Assembly (NCBI GenBank): GCA_965285935.1
Contig: OZ260661.1
Coordinates: forward strand, 36,332,001-36,396,000
Length of the DNA: 64,000 nt
Direction of reading: 5' to 3'
Source of the DNA: Ophelia neglecta
Taxonomy: Eukaryota
Made by a program: the position numbers and the translations under genes. Positions 1 to 13,857 of the stretch are shown piece by piece; position 1 is the stretch's first letter, and the number at the start of each line of letters is the position of its first letter. The notes under the pieces were generated by a model that was given only the letters and a program-made list of their open reading frames with translations, was not told where the DNA came from and made no database searches.

Positions 1-361
1 AAGTGTTGTCATGCATGGCGCATGTTGCCGGTATAAGGACTAAACGGCGTAGGTTACTTCGCGTCCACAAGAAGTTTTATTATAGGCATACCGCCGGTAT
101 GTGCATGCGGTCACCCATTCACCTCCGCCGTTTAGTCCTACTTGTGCATCTGCGTCCACGGCAGATAGCATATAGGTCACTCCAAAACCTCTATTTTATA
201 TGGATATACTTTTTTAAAACTGAATTAAATAAGATGGATAGATTGTTCATTTTTTATTGCTTGCATGTAATCACTAGATAGCATCGGATTAATAGCGACT
301 TTTCAGTAAGTTTTCACAGTTTAGCAGAGAGCTGCCCTTGAAAACATGTAACTTGACCATG

Positions 362-540
362 ATTGGTTGGTTTTTTATGTTTTTACGTGGCTTATAACAC
401 TTATATAAGGTCATATCGCCATCTGTGACAGTGGGCTCAATGCCCTCTTTATAGTGCTGCCTCACTGGAGTACCTTCCGTAGACACCAGACAAGGAATCC
501 ACCCATTCAAATTATACAAACACCGGGTTGATACGTCAGC
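362..540 (-). mobile_element. SINE-like repeat, 3' part
   Basis: Reverse complement matches 63480-63570 (tctggtgtctac...gcact[a/c]taaagagggcattgagcc); ends in a simple-repeat tail. Confidence 0.7.
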
Positions 541-3500
541 GTGGCCACGAAAAACTCCAGACACGAGCTAGTTTAACTGGAACGTATTATTAATATGTAC
601 GCAAAAAACCATTAGCGTACAACATCGAACGGGATTAATTTTTTCTTTGTCCTGCAGAAGGAAAATTTCCTTTCTCTTTTTTATTTATAATTATAAATAT
701 TATTATTTTTAAATAGGTGCTGCGCTAAACTTATCATTTCCTCGAAGTGCCTTTTTATTTTAGGTCCTTTGTAATGAGATGTCATCTGCTTTTAGTCACT
801 AGTCCATCTTCAGATTAAAGAAGTCAGAGGCCGGGGTATGACAATGATGTGATATACCCTAGAGCCCTGTGCGGGGAATTTGTTACAGCCCAGGACGAAG
901 CATTTTGCAGCAAATCAGTAACAAATTCAATATGTCTTTGGTGTTTGTCTATAGGATACCCTATGCCCTGTGGAACATCACCTTAAACCCGCTTCTTGGT
1001 CTGGAGCGAACCATGACCCAGTTGTTTTTATTGGGTTGTTACCTATTCTTTCCATTTCGCTGTTTGTAAATTTATAAGTTACTAAGTTTTTATAATGTCT
1101 GGATGTATAAAATTTTCAAAATGTCAGCTAACACTTATGCCTAAACCAAGCAAATTAAGTCCAAGAAGGCGTACTTAATCAAACGGCAAATATGTTGGAA
1201 TGGAAAAGAAATCCGGCAAGCTACAAAGTAAAGGACAGGCGTGTTCTTCTTATTCCTCGGCCATGCTCATGTATAGAAAACGGTTCTACCATCTTTTCTT
1301 TATCTGTTTTGTTAATCAAAAAGTGGATCTTGTAAGGAATCTTCTGTCGTTCTCTTCAAAAGAAGTTAGTGTACAATTGCTATTTCAATTTCCGGACAGT
1401 GCTTTGAACACAGAAATGAAATTAGGATTTCCTATAAAAACAACAACTCATAATTTGTCCGCCACAACACCGATACCTAAATGAAACAAGTTTTCAATTA
1501 TCAACAAAAAGCAAATAAAAGGAGAAATATGATAGTCCTAGTAGAATGCACACGGATATACAACCACGTCGAACGTACTTTGGACGAGATTAATCAGTCG
1601 GAAAAAGGGACGCTTACATTTTATACTACTCCTTAAAGGCTTTGAGGAGAAGACCATATTTCAATGATTTTACACTGACACATTTAGGTGCCACCGTTCG
1701 CAGACAATGAATCTTTAATGATTAACGGTCGGAAGCAGTTGTCACGGCGACGAAGCTAAGGTGTAACAGTTGATTTAGATGTCACTGGGACCAAACTAGC
1801 TCATAGACTAGAGGTCAAATTACATTTACAACTAGATATCATATTGGTAAATGTTCACTGTGGCTTTTTATTCCGCGAACATTCAGTGATTTGCTTAGCG
1901 CGACTGGGTTTAGTGTTTTAAAATGATGGTAGGAGAATTAAGACCAGCCTTGCTAAAACAGTTTTGTAGAAATAACAAAACTGCCCTGCTTGCCAAGGGA
2001 AAAATAATTGAAATATAGTACACCAGATGCACTAAGGTAGTATGTCGGTAATTAAAGTCGAGGGGAATTGGTCGTTTCTCTTTGATTAAAACATATCACT
2101 ATTTACGTTTGAATACAGCTGCTTATGAAAATCGTCCTTCTGCTTATCAAATCACCGTTCTCTTTTTGTTCGATGGGCCTCGTTTGACTACAACGAACGA
2201 TTTAAATCTCGATCATGTAAGGTTATAGAGTTGACCGGGTGATAACAACGAAGGACCAAGCCGGCTGGGCTAAGTGCAAGGAGACCCCAAATTTAGGTTA
2301 AAAATGACCCTTTTAATACCAATACGTTAAATTTTGATATTGGCACGATGTGCTCTGGCATGCCTTTTTAGTATCATGTAGGCCTATGTCCAGACCGGTT
2401 TTAACGCTAGCTCTGTGGCACAGTGCTCGGTGGCATAGTGCCCAAGGGGTCTCGCTAATGAAGTATTATAGTCTTAACTAGATCTAGTCGACCTTCGACA
2501 ATAAGTAAGATTCCCACTGAAAATCACTGTAATTGCTGAGCTGGCCCATCAAGATCGTTCGCTCTCCGGTCAGTCATAGTATTCTCCCAATAGTCTCGGT
2601 GATTCATCCGAGTAGTACGGGTGGTTCTCCGAGCAGTCAATTCTGCAAAGTGGAACCAACACGAGTACTGCCGGTTTAATATGTGGTCAGCCTATGGTGA
2701 TGGGGGAGGAGGAGACACTTTCTCCCTCACACTCTCCAGGAGCTGTCCACTCTTAAAGGGGCTCCTGGCGGCCCTACCCCCAACACTTGCCTGACTCCAT
2801 ATCTTCCTCGAAACCCCCCCCCCCCCCTAGTTAGATAACCAAATGAACACTCCCTAACTTAACAGAGTAAGGGGTTACGAACGATTAGGCCATATATCCA
2901 GCACGGCTGAGATCCGGTGCTGCTCTCCGACCTTCCGGTGTCAGGAGAGTTTTGATTTATATGGAGAACCAGCCTACGCTTCCAATGAGCGGGGGCGTCC
3001 GTCCCCTTTTGTTACCTCTTAGCCATTGTTACGGGCAGATTGTGTCTTATATGGCCCCCAGCTGTCAGTTTATCCTATATGACACCCCCATGGGAGGTAC
3101 TCGTTTGTAAACAGGAAACTGTATAACTTTAGCTTGCAAGGTCGTTGATATCTTTATAGGCGTATTTAACAATCCAATTAACAAACATGCTAACGCTAGG
3201 GATAAATATCAAAAACTGAGGCAAAAATTCTTTACTTGTGAAGGGGGGTTGGATGGCAATAACGCTAATGAATAGCATTATATCTCTGGTTAACTCTCAA
3301 TACAAAAGGGAAAATGGTACAGTCATTACCACGACACCTAAATGTGTCTTGATTATTACCTACACGCACTTATAATATATTGAAAGAGGTAAAACCCACT
3401 CATTTTGCAACCCATTAAGGGTTATTAACAAGTATAAAGGAATGGTATAATTACTGGAGTGATGTTTACATTACGTCAGACTGTTTGAATATACACAATT

Positions 3501-6056
3501 GAGCCGTTATTGCCATTGCTTTGGTTTCACGGATACGATGTGATTAATTTATAGCTAAATAAATATCAAATTGATCGTGAGAAAGGACGCTATCAAATCA
3601 AGATAAAGCATATTATATAATACGGAATACCTGTAATGTACGTAAATTGCTGACCAATTAGTTTTATTGGAGTAGAGCACCGCTTCTGGCTAACCACATC
3701 TTTATGAGGTTACGGTACCGGGGTGACTGGAGTGAGGAATTGTATGCATGCTAATCCACTGAGCATGTATCCGTTTCGGTAAATACCTGATTCTAAATTA
3801 GATTTATTATTAATAAATCGAGTGTCATGTGAAGGCCAGATAGCTGATACCATCACATTGCACTATGTACTCGCACTAATTCAACTTTGGCCCCAAGGAT
3901 TGGCTCAAAGCATTGGCTCAAGGCTCGAAGCTTTGGCTCAAGGAATTTTATTGGCCAATGAAGATTTGAACAGCCCCTGTTAAATAGTTTCGTTAAACTT
4001 GATTGGCCAATAATAGGTCACAAGAGTTACATGGATGTTTTGAAACTCCTTAAGTGCAAACGGAATCTTTTTTTTCACTTAAAAAATCATACTTTTATAT
4101 GGGATTACATCATTAGTATGACATTCATTTAGCCATACCTGAAAATCTGGCTTTAAAAATGGGCCATCCGCACGGACATACATTGTTAGCGGCCTTGCTT
4201 TTTTAATTCCTATATAGGTGCTCCCGTGCATGCAGGCTACCATATGGCTTCGTCGAGAAATCAATACCCTTCTCTGATTTCATGTCCTGGCAAAACAGGC
4301 AGGCTTACGTGTTGAGCTACAAGTTTTAATATAATTTCAAACATTGGACGCCCAGTACGTTTTAAATGACAGCTTCACTCACCGACCTTCAGAATCTGGA
4401 AAGATTATCATGACTCGACATTCTAAAAAGCATCTAAGGCCATTTGTTTCTAAGACTTGTAGCTGTTGTAACAGAGAAAACCTTAGGCGTCGCACTAAAC
4501 AAAGTACAAAATGTACTTTTTTCTATAGTGAACAGAAGGACCATGAGGAGGAAGATGACTAAAGTATCTTTCTGGCCCCGAATCACTTGATAGTGTGATC
4601 ATGGCGCATGCTCCGGAGTGTGTTTGTAAAAAAACAGGAAGTGGAACAACGCGGTAGTTCCGATAAGGCTGTCTTCTGATTGGTTCAAGATATTGGTTCA
4701 AACGCTGCAGGCTGATGCAACTTAAGTATGCCCCCCCCCCCCGCCCCCCCCCCCAAAAAAAAGGGGGACGCGCTCGTGACCTAATTACAACGACATGGGT
4801 TGTATTTGTAGCCGCTTTATTCGTGTCGAGTCGAACCTCCGAAGACTTTGTTTCTCTGCACAGGAGAAAAGGGCTAGTGTAAAAAAGGTTACACAAGTCT
4901 TTCACCGTTTCACATTCATTTTGAGGATTTGGAAAAAACTGTTCGAATTATAATGAATAGTATAAGGGGGGGATCAGTATGTGTCCAATAGAGACTGAGT
5001 GTTAAACGGCCTTCAAATACGTGTCAAGGTGCCGTAGGCACGGCCATCTGGTGAGGAATCAATGATCTGACCCACGCTGCAGCAGAGACACTCCCATCTT
5101 AACATGGCATGCTTCTGTTATAGTGGAACTCATCTTGTGGGACTGTACACAGTTTCGTATGGCTCGAACAGTTCTCAGATCAAGGTGTCAATAATTGAGA
5201 CTATTATCAGAATATGTTCGTCTGGGCTGTCAAATGGGAGCCGTGTCAGTTAAATATCATATAAAAGTTCGTCAACTCCAACTAAAAACGAGCAACAGAA
5301 TCATTCATAATGTAAATTATTTAGAATCAAGGCCAGCCAGAAAAAAATACTAAATTAGCAGACATTTAACACCTAATCCTGCCGAGTGGGGTATGATTTT
5401 CTGGCCTCCACGGAATAACTGAACTAGAACTTCCAATTCAATAAAAGCAACCATTGCGCTCACCAAGTGTAGCAAATTTTCTTATTTTCTTAATAGATAG
5501 ACATTTCTTGGAACACGATACATTTTTACTGACTTGTGAATATAAAAAGTATATCCAGTCTGCAAAACAGTAATTAGCCGAACACCGCTAATGTCGATAT
5601 AAACTGGAAAAAGTCATAATTCTTCCGGTATAGGAGCTATGTAAATAAGACAAAATGAATTGGTTATTTACGTTAAATTAACATTACCAGGGTTTGGGCT
5701 CGCCGCTGATTTCGGATTTATTAACGTTTTTCACCTCTTCGTGAAAAGAGGCAGGGCCGTGGTATTAATATAATCTATCTCAGTTTTTTTACTCTTTATA
5801 AACCCAACATTACGATAAAAACGTGACTTTTCCACCAATTTGACAGAGCGCATTGACATCTTTGGTACAAAAGGAATCCACGGCTGGCCTTGGCTGTAAG
5901 TAACCAGATACTTTGTACAGACGAAAAAATGAGTTGTTTACAGGATGCATGGCGGGGAAAATGAGAAGAAATTAGGAATTTGAATCAGCATGTGTGATGT
6001 GTCGGATTCCGTTACGAATAACTTTCGTATTATTTCAGGAATAGATGCATAAGGGC

Positions 6057-6258
6057 NNNNNNNNNNNNNNNNNNNNNNNNNNNNNNNNNNNNNNNNNNNN
6101 NNNNNNNNNNNNNNNNNNNNNNNNNNNNNNNNNNNNNNNNNNNNNNNNNNNNNNNNNNNNNNNNNNNNNNNNNNNNNNNNNNNNNNNNNNNNNNNNNNNN
6201 NNNNNNNNNNNNNNNNNNNNNNNNNNNNNNNNNNNNNNNNNNNNNNNNNNNNNNNNNN
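6057..6258. other. Assembly gap (N run)
   Basis: About 200 Ns; contiguity across it is not guaranteed. Confidence 0.99.
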
Positions 6259-8821
6259 GCAGGTGGAGATGGGTACCTGCTCTCATAGGGGTGCTGGATG
6301 TCGTGAATCATATCCATCCGCCACACAAACTGGGTAAAATTGATTCTTATGGCGGCAAGATCGAGAGGGGGTCACATATTATGATGGTGGGAATGCATGC
6401 ATGGGGTCTGATCGTTAAGGGTGTAAGAGTTTTATTCCTCTGGGAGGACACACCCTTCCCTTATTGTCGCGAAGCTCTCCGGGGGACTGGTGGAAAAAAC
6501 ATTCCCAGTTCCTGACACCCGTCTTCCCCTATAGAGCGGTTTGGAAATAAAGTGATTCATTTAATAACCGCACATTGAGTCGTATGAAGACAAACGTCCT
6601 ATTTTAGAACAAATGTGGTTCTAAATGGCACATGTCGTTAAAGTTTTTTTTGAAGATTTCCTAAATTTCTACTAATACTTTGCGGTGGGGAGGGGAAGTG
6701 TAGCATGGGCGTCAATTAATGAAATTAAAACCTTATTTTAACTGGTGGGGTATAATAAAGTCTTTGTTATCCCCTTCCCTTTCCGTGCCCCGGGTCCTGT
6801 CAAAGCTATCTTCGATATTCTATACAAAAGCCTTTTATATCACGGAACAGAGATCATACCCAGCCGGTTGATTGTCTAAATGAAAAGGAAATGTTTTAAA
6901 ACTTGAAAGTCGGTATGACTTTGCTATTTATTAAAATTAATAAGAATGGTTGGCAATAGTTCAAATGACATAATGATGGGCTGTATATCTCCTGGAAAGT
7001 AATCAGCTGCAGAACAAAACCAATGACAATGTAAAGATAAAAACGGTAACATATTGTATAGCATCATATAACAGACCCATTCGAAGCCTGTTTCAGCTAT
7101 TTAGATTAGGTAAACTAGGAGGTTGGGTTCATGTGATACACGAATAAAGGTGTATGTACCTATACAGGAACAAACAAAGAGGCATGAATCAGGAGAAAAG
7201 TATGAGCAGTATAGCTCAGTATAAAGAGAGGGGGGGGGGGGGTATATTGGAAAGACCTTATAATAAAAAGACAAGAAAAATAGCCATATCTCTTTTAAGA
7301 AACCGGAGGCTGGTAGGTCTATATAGTAGATTCATAATTCAAAAAATTGTTTAAAACTTAAACTCAATTAATTATTTTATATTAATATGAACGCAATGTA
7401 ATATGTAGCTCATTGCTAATCAGCCAAGAATGTTGTCTCCTGCATAGCTGGCTGAATTCGTGTGTCCACAACTTCCGCCACTTTCCACCATTCTGCGAGT
7501 GGTTTTTCTCTTTTTATCGCCTTGGAATAAACCTCCTAATCAAATCATTACAGGCCTACCTCTACACTGACTAACTTGAACGATTGATTGTGTGCATCAA
7601 ATAATGCATATTTGACAGACTAATCCTGGTAGTAATAACAAAGGAAGCCCCCAAAAACGAGGCTATGTGGAGGATGGAACTCTTGAGTTTAGTTCGAGAG
7701 GTTAGTTTTACATATAACGACAGAGTAGATAAACGGTAAAAGCCATAGTTGCATACTATCTGAATACATGAAATCTGTTTTGTTTCACATGAAAATCGTG
7801 CGCACGACTCCTAGGACAAGCCAGGCCAAGCAAGGAATTAAACTAGGACTAGGGTTACCTGGAATACAGGCTGTTATATTCAGCCTTGTTATCAAATTAA
7901 GTCACGTGAGAAAGATATATGCGGGTGACCGGAAATCATTCTTTCGCTCGTTATTTCCTAAAGTAACAAATCTTAGCAAAATAGCTTAGTTATAAGGTTA
8001 AGTCTAAATTTGGAAATAAACTGTGCACGTATCCACTAAATATACCAGTAACGAGTAAAAAAAGCTGTACAATTATTAATGTCATCATAAATATATGTTT
8101 ATTATACTCGTACAAACTCAAATAATAAGGTTTTATATATTAGTGGTGAATATTTCTGCAATACACAGAATGAAAACAAATTGAAACACTCCATTTGAAA
8201 TTCTTGAGAGCACTAGCAGCCAGCCATCAAGAACAAGCCTTGCCTAGCTAAATTGTCCATGGGATTGTTATGTCAGTAACACCACAGTTGTAGGAACATT
8301 CTGAAGAAAGTTTGGTTTTAGATCATGTCTAGACGAAAGTCATTTATTCTTTCTAGTATCCAGGGCCTGGTCAAATTAAAGACAAAGAGAGAAAAACTAA
8401 AGCAATTATAGCGCAACCTAGAATGGCTGTGTCCTGGAAAGACGCCTGAATTTTGATCATAGATCGGTCTCCTCGAGTTTGTATCATGAGTAAATAAAGA
8501 AGACAGGGCTCCGTCTAAAAAGTCCGATAGACAGACAGCTTGTGAAAGTATATCGCCACAAGAATGGCCAAGTGTGCTGTCGCTCGTTTTCTGATTGGTC
8601 CGGGAAAAACCTCTTGGGAAAGACGTCACCGCCAATTAAACACCGTCTATCTGTGTGTACCAAGAGTGGAAAGATGGGGACCTGACGGCACTATGAAAAC
8701 AGTGAAATTCATACAGCCTGTCCGCCAGATTGAAATGTATCGGTCTCTCGGTGCTAATTCAACTGGTTTAGAAGTACATTGGCAAGGTAAACAATAACCC
8801 GCTTGAGAGAGAGCAAGGTCG

Positions 8822-9030
8822 CCATCCCGGTGAGGGGGAGTGCGGGTGATGTCCGGGATGTGTCAATGACACAGGCCGCCACCCCAGGGCACCCCGGTGA
8901 GGGGGAGTGCGGGTTATGGCCAGGGTGTGTCAATGACACAGGCCGCCACCTCAGTGAGGGGGAGCGGGGGTTATGGCCAGGATGTGTCAATGACATAAAC
9001 CGCCAACCCAGTGAGGGAGAGCGGGGGTTT
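8822..9030. repeat. GC-rich ~57-bp minisatellite, about 3.5 copies
   Basis: gtgagggggag...ttatggccagg.tgtgtcaatgacacaggccgccacc repeated. Confidence 0.88.
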
Positions 9031-9600
9031 GTGCCATTTTGAACAACGTTAAAGATATTCTAATCGGTAAAATTGGGGAACAAATTCCCCTCACCGCCTG
9101 AAGTTGTTGGATGAAGGTTTCAAAATGTATTTTTATAGCGTTTTATTTTCAATTATGTGAAGTCTTCAACGTGATGCGGCAAACTGGTACCAAGTTTATA
9201 TAGGAGTGAAAAGGGCCTTGTTTCAAATTTTCATATCACATCCGTTATTAATGCATTCAATGTCTGATAAATAAGGGTTTACCAGGGCATTGATACCGAC
9301 AGTCTTAAAATAAATTGAGTGTAAACCAAAGATAAACAAAACTTTTAATGTTCGATATATTCAATCGAGTGGTTCTCTTAATTTGGCTCCATTTCTTCAT
9401 GCTTGAGTGCGCCGTGATTATAATGTCACATCCGTTACCATAAATTTAACCCTTGATATGTATAGCACACAATTAAATAATCTGTCCTTTATAAGGCCGA
9501 CAACACATACTTCAATAGACTAGGCATTTAATTACGTACTGTAAGCCAGTTGATAGTGATAATGCAGGTGTAAATGTTGATGATTGTGTCCCATCAGTAA

Positions 9601-9672
9601 CTGTCACATCCGTTACTGTCACATCCGTTACTTTCACATCCGTTACTATCACATCCGTTACTGCGCCATCCG
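9601..9672. repeat. 15-bp tandem repeat (ctgtcacatccgtta), about 5 copies
   Basis: Directly visible; dispersed single copies near 9236 and 9425. Confidence 0.85.
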
Positions 9673-11460
9673 TTTTTATCAATATACTATGATTTTATAG
9701 AATTTGGAACTTTCAGATCAAAATGGTAACTTAAAAATGTAAGAATTGTTTCGCTCATGAATTTTTAATGGAGATAGTTGATGTTTGAATATTTTCAAGT
9801 GAAATAAATTTGAGGCTGAAAATTTCGAAACCAACAATTCAAATATTTTGGTCGTGGTCCTTTTTTACCTATGTTTTCAATCTGCAAACTGCTCTTTTCC
9901 TGAATGGGGCGGCTGTACTTTGTGTTCTCATCATTTCCTGACATAATCAATCGATAAACGAGAGAATTCCAACACACTTAAAGTTAATTGGTGAAACGAA
10001 AAGGCTAGACAGTATTTATAGTGTTAATGTGAACGCGGGAAACACCCCCCTTCCTCCCCCTCTCCCAGTAAAATATCTGGGCTCATATGGACACTTTGGC
10101 GCTATCCCACATTTGAACTATGCGTTCAAAATGAAAATTAATTTGATTTGACCCATTCACTGGAATAAAACGTCCAAACGGGGTGGGGGTGGGGGGCTCT
10201 AAATCCGGCCAAGTGCGTAGACCCATAATCATGATAAAGGTCTGACCGAACTGGGACACAAGCGGTGGACAAAGGAGAGTCGGTGAATTGGCAGACAAAT
10301 TACAATTCAACCGATTTAAGAGCGACAAAACACATTATTTCACAGATGAGCAACCAGCCATCTTGATGTGGAGAATAGCAATGACTATATACGGAAATTT
10401 CTACTCTGATGATTACCAAATCATCAACTTCTTTTCATCGGCTGTCCGGTTTGAATGCTTTCCCGGGCAGACGATGGTCTAATGGGTAATGTGACCCGGC
10501 CAGTGCTTGGTTTATAACAGAATTACCAACTGAGCCTGCCAACAAAATGTACTGGTTAATCCGATCTGATTTCTCCACGATTGTGTTAACTTGACCACAA
10601 CCAACCGAGAAACAGATCGCCGGATTGGATGTGGTTTGGCCAGTCATTTCGGCCTTTTTCTATCTTCCGCAAAAGATACAAGCACCAAATGATAAAGCGG
10701 GACGCGCCCGTAAAGGTTTTAAGAAGGCTGGTCGGATCTAATAAACTTAGATGGAATATTTTACCCCTGTCACAAAACAAATCCTCGTGTTGACTTATTA
10801 GATTTACTGAGAAAAATGAGAATTTTAATAAATTAAGATATCCAGTAATACACATGCGCCATCGCCCTAACTATAGTTAACAATATTATCGAACCATCCA
10901 TTGTCTATCTTTATTAAATAAATCATATAGTTTAAATCTAAGTTTTTGTTTAACTGTTTGAAGCGTATCCACATAAAAAACAGTGCATGTGAACAGCAAG
11001 GAAATAGAGGCGACCATATTTCTGTAGCCTTGGTCACAGCCAGACTGCTGTGCACGGAACATTGAACATTTAACTGTACAGGATACAGAATAAAACCAGA
11101 TCGTATTTCAACTCTTAGGTTTAGTTTCTCGAACAATCTACTTCTGATTAATACAAGCGGAGGTACGGAGGCTTGGCCCAGGGGGCTTGCCAGAGGCGGA
11201 GGTCTTGAACATTTATTGAGGGCATGAAGCCTTTTATCTACAGAACGGCTAAGACTCAGCGTGGAAGTCATATTGGGTTGGGGAGACGGTTCGACATATT
11301 CAAGTCCAATGATTTGTCGTATTACCTGAATACCAGAGTTAATTCTTACTTTCAGGGCATGGAGAAAATTGGGTCAGTCGTCCTCCATATTAAATGCACA
11401 AATAATAACAAAACTCCATGACATTTGATGTGATCCTTGATTAAACCAGAAAACCCTTAC

Positions 11461-11661
11461 CTTTCTATGGTGAATCCGCGCTAGAGGTACCACCGCCTCC
11501 TTCTCCACTATGTGAGGGTGGGGACAAACGAAGCAAACTCGACGCAAATGTTTCTTCCTTTATTTGCTATAGAAAGTCACAAAATTCAAATAATTAGTTC
11601 GTAACACCAAAGTCCACCCTGTCGTTAGTCTCAACAATTGTGATTTCCCGCGCTTTTTATA
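11461..11661 (-). promoter_or_regulatory. Candidate TATA promoter plus non-coding first exon of an unannotated transcript
   Basis: CpG-rich stretch at 11670-11760; TATAAAAAG at 11661-11653; about 170 nt without ATG, then donor AAG|GTAAGG at 11461/11460. Confidence 0.4.
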
Positions 11662-13596
11662 CCTTCTTCGAGCAGTCTCGTTTGCTCGCGAAGCGCCCGT
11701 GCGCGCCGCCAAGCGTTCACCACTGACCATACCGCCAACGCAGACGACAAACGAACCTGCCATGTAGTATAAGTCATTAAGCATCATGCAATGTTACAGA
11801 AGAAGCCTTGTACATTCTACAGCTTATTTGCGTGTCTCTTAGGATTTCCTAAGCAGCCCAATATGTTAACGGCAGACGCCATTAATTTGGAGCCAGCCTC
11901 TGACAATCACGGAACGAACAGGAAAGGCTTGATATTGAAATTCCAATTAAATCTTATGGGCTTTCTCTTAACTGCTTCAATGCTAATGGCGGAATATTCC
12001 GCCTTGAACAGATAGGTATATCGACTTATTAAGAAGTAGACGAGTATGCCAATTGAAACCAACTTCTAGGGGAGGTTTCATTATTTCGGGACGGCGGGGG
12101 GGGGGGGGGGCAAACGAGGGCGAAGGCGGAGGGTCAGTTATTTTTGGCATACCTTTAGGGGGGTGGGCAAACAAATTCAATCTTTCTGCCAATAAAAAAA
12201 ACGAGTCTTCTCGGCATGTTTTCCCAAAAGCAAGTTAAGCAGTGCAAAATAGAATTCCAACATCTCAGTGGGATTGGGTTGTAGTAGGGAGTGCCATGAT
12301 TTTGGTTCGACTTATTGAAGGGATGGGGGGGGGGGGGGGTGTCTGTAATTTTGTTTGGTTCGAGTTGGTCTGGTTAAATGTTTAAACGCTCAGCTTTTGC
12401 AGGAAACCATATCATATGCCCCACCATTTCGGACATAATTATATAGTTACTTCATTTGAAGACAATCCAAGATGCCACCCCCCCCCTCCACCCCACCCCC
12501 CACACACACACACATTCACCTGCTCTCCTAACATGCATGTACCTATTCACCCACTCGCTTTAAGAAAATTGAAAATTGTCTATTTGTTGGTTACTATATC
12601 GCATATCGAGTTTGTCTGGATATGTAATATGGGGGTGGGGGGGTGGGGGGGGGGGGTGGGGGGTTCTATGATATAAGTGTGTAGACCCTTTATTTTATTC
12701 TCTTTTTACTTGATGGGTGAAAAAATTGAGAATAATAGTTTGGCAATTTATTACTGTTGCATGCAGCAATACAGTAACAAATTATTTCTCCTTAATGTGG
12801 GAAACCTTTTTTAGCAAAGTTTGAGACAAATGTTGTGTTTAGATTAATGCTCTCCACCACTATCATATAAAATGGTTGGTAAATGGCATTTCACTCTTTA
12901 TGAGATTTTATTATAATAAGGCCCTTGTCTTTTTTTTCATATAGGCCCTATATTCCCTTAAATGTGAGTATGTCTGTCTTAAGTTGTCATTGACCTGAGC
13001 ACTACTCCCTTTAGTCGGGATATAAACGCCAATTATTGTCGGTGAGCAAATGGCGAGAATCAACGGGCTAGAAAGTACCTTCTACGGGTAAAAAGTCAAT
13101 TTCCGCTGAGAAAAATAAAAGGAAATTATTTGCATTAATACTGATTGCAAGGACTGATGGGCGCACTGAAAAGTCCAATACCTTATGGTTAGGCCTAAAG
13201 GTAACATTTTTCTAACAACACTCCCACAAATCTTTTTGAACTGGTACAGACTTGTAATAAACTCAAACCAAGGCTCACATATTTGTTTAAAACAGACCAG
13301 TTTTATGGGCGCTAGCAAATAACCTCGTGCATGAATATCTGAGTAAATCTGTGTATTACCGTATTTACACAACCTACTTTCAACGTTAGCGACGGAAGCA
13401 ACATTTTTAACAGTAACATTGGCTATGACACTTTTTTCTGTTCTTTAGAGTAACTTGTTTCTGTAACTATCAACGAAGACATGTTATTATATGTATAAAT
13501 ATATATGTTTCTATTGGTTCACATTTTACCTCAGCAGTGACAGAATAGCATGTCAATTGATTGAGGAAACCGATTTGGTTTAAATAACGTATAGGC

Positions 13597-13857
13597 CAGT
13601 GGTTCCCAAACTTTTTCAGCCCATTACTCAAAACATCATACTGAATGTGTTTCGTTACCCCCGACAGCAAATATCAAAATATTTCACTCACATTTGTCTA
13701 TTATATTGCAAGCTCGGTTCAAAGTTCGGTTCAATGCAAGTTCGGTTCAATGCAGCCGGCAAAAAATAAAAAGGTTGAAAAACAGGGCCCTCGTTACCCC
13801 CCGGAAAAAGCCTCATTACCCCCCGGGGGTAATTTACCCATAGTTTGGGAACCACAT
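13597..13857. mobile_element. hAT (Charlie-like) MITE
   Basis: Ends cagtggttcccaaac / gtttgggaaccac; 8-bp TSD gtataggc at 13589-13596 and 13858-13865. Confidence 0.85.

Noticed and set aside
6030-6515. ORFs spanning Ns
   Set aside because: Assembly-gap artefacts.
8210-8335. Possible Tc1 transposase remnant
   Set aside because: Short, frameshifted resemblance only.
8754-9042. ORFs on both strands
   Set aside because: Explained by the 57-bp minisatellite.
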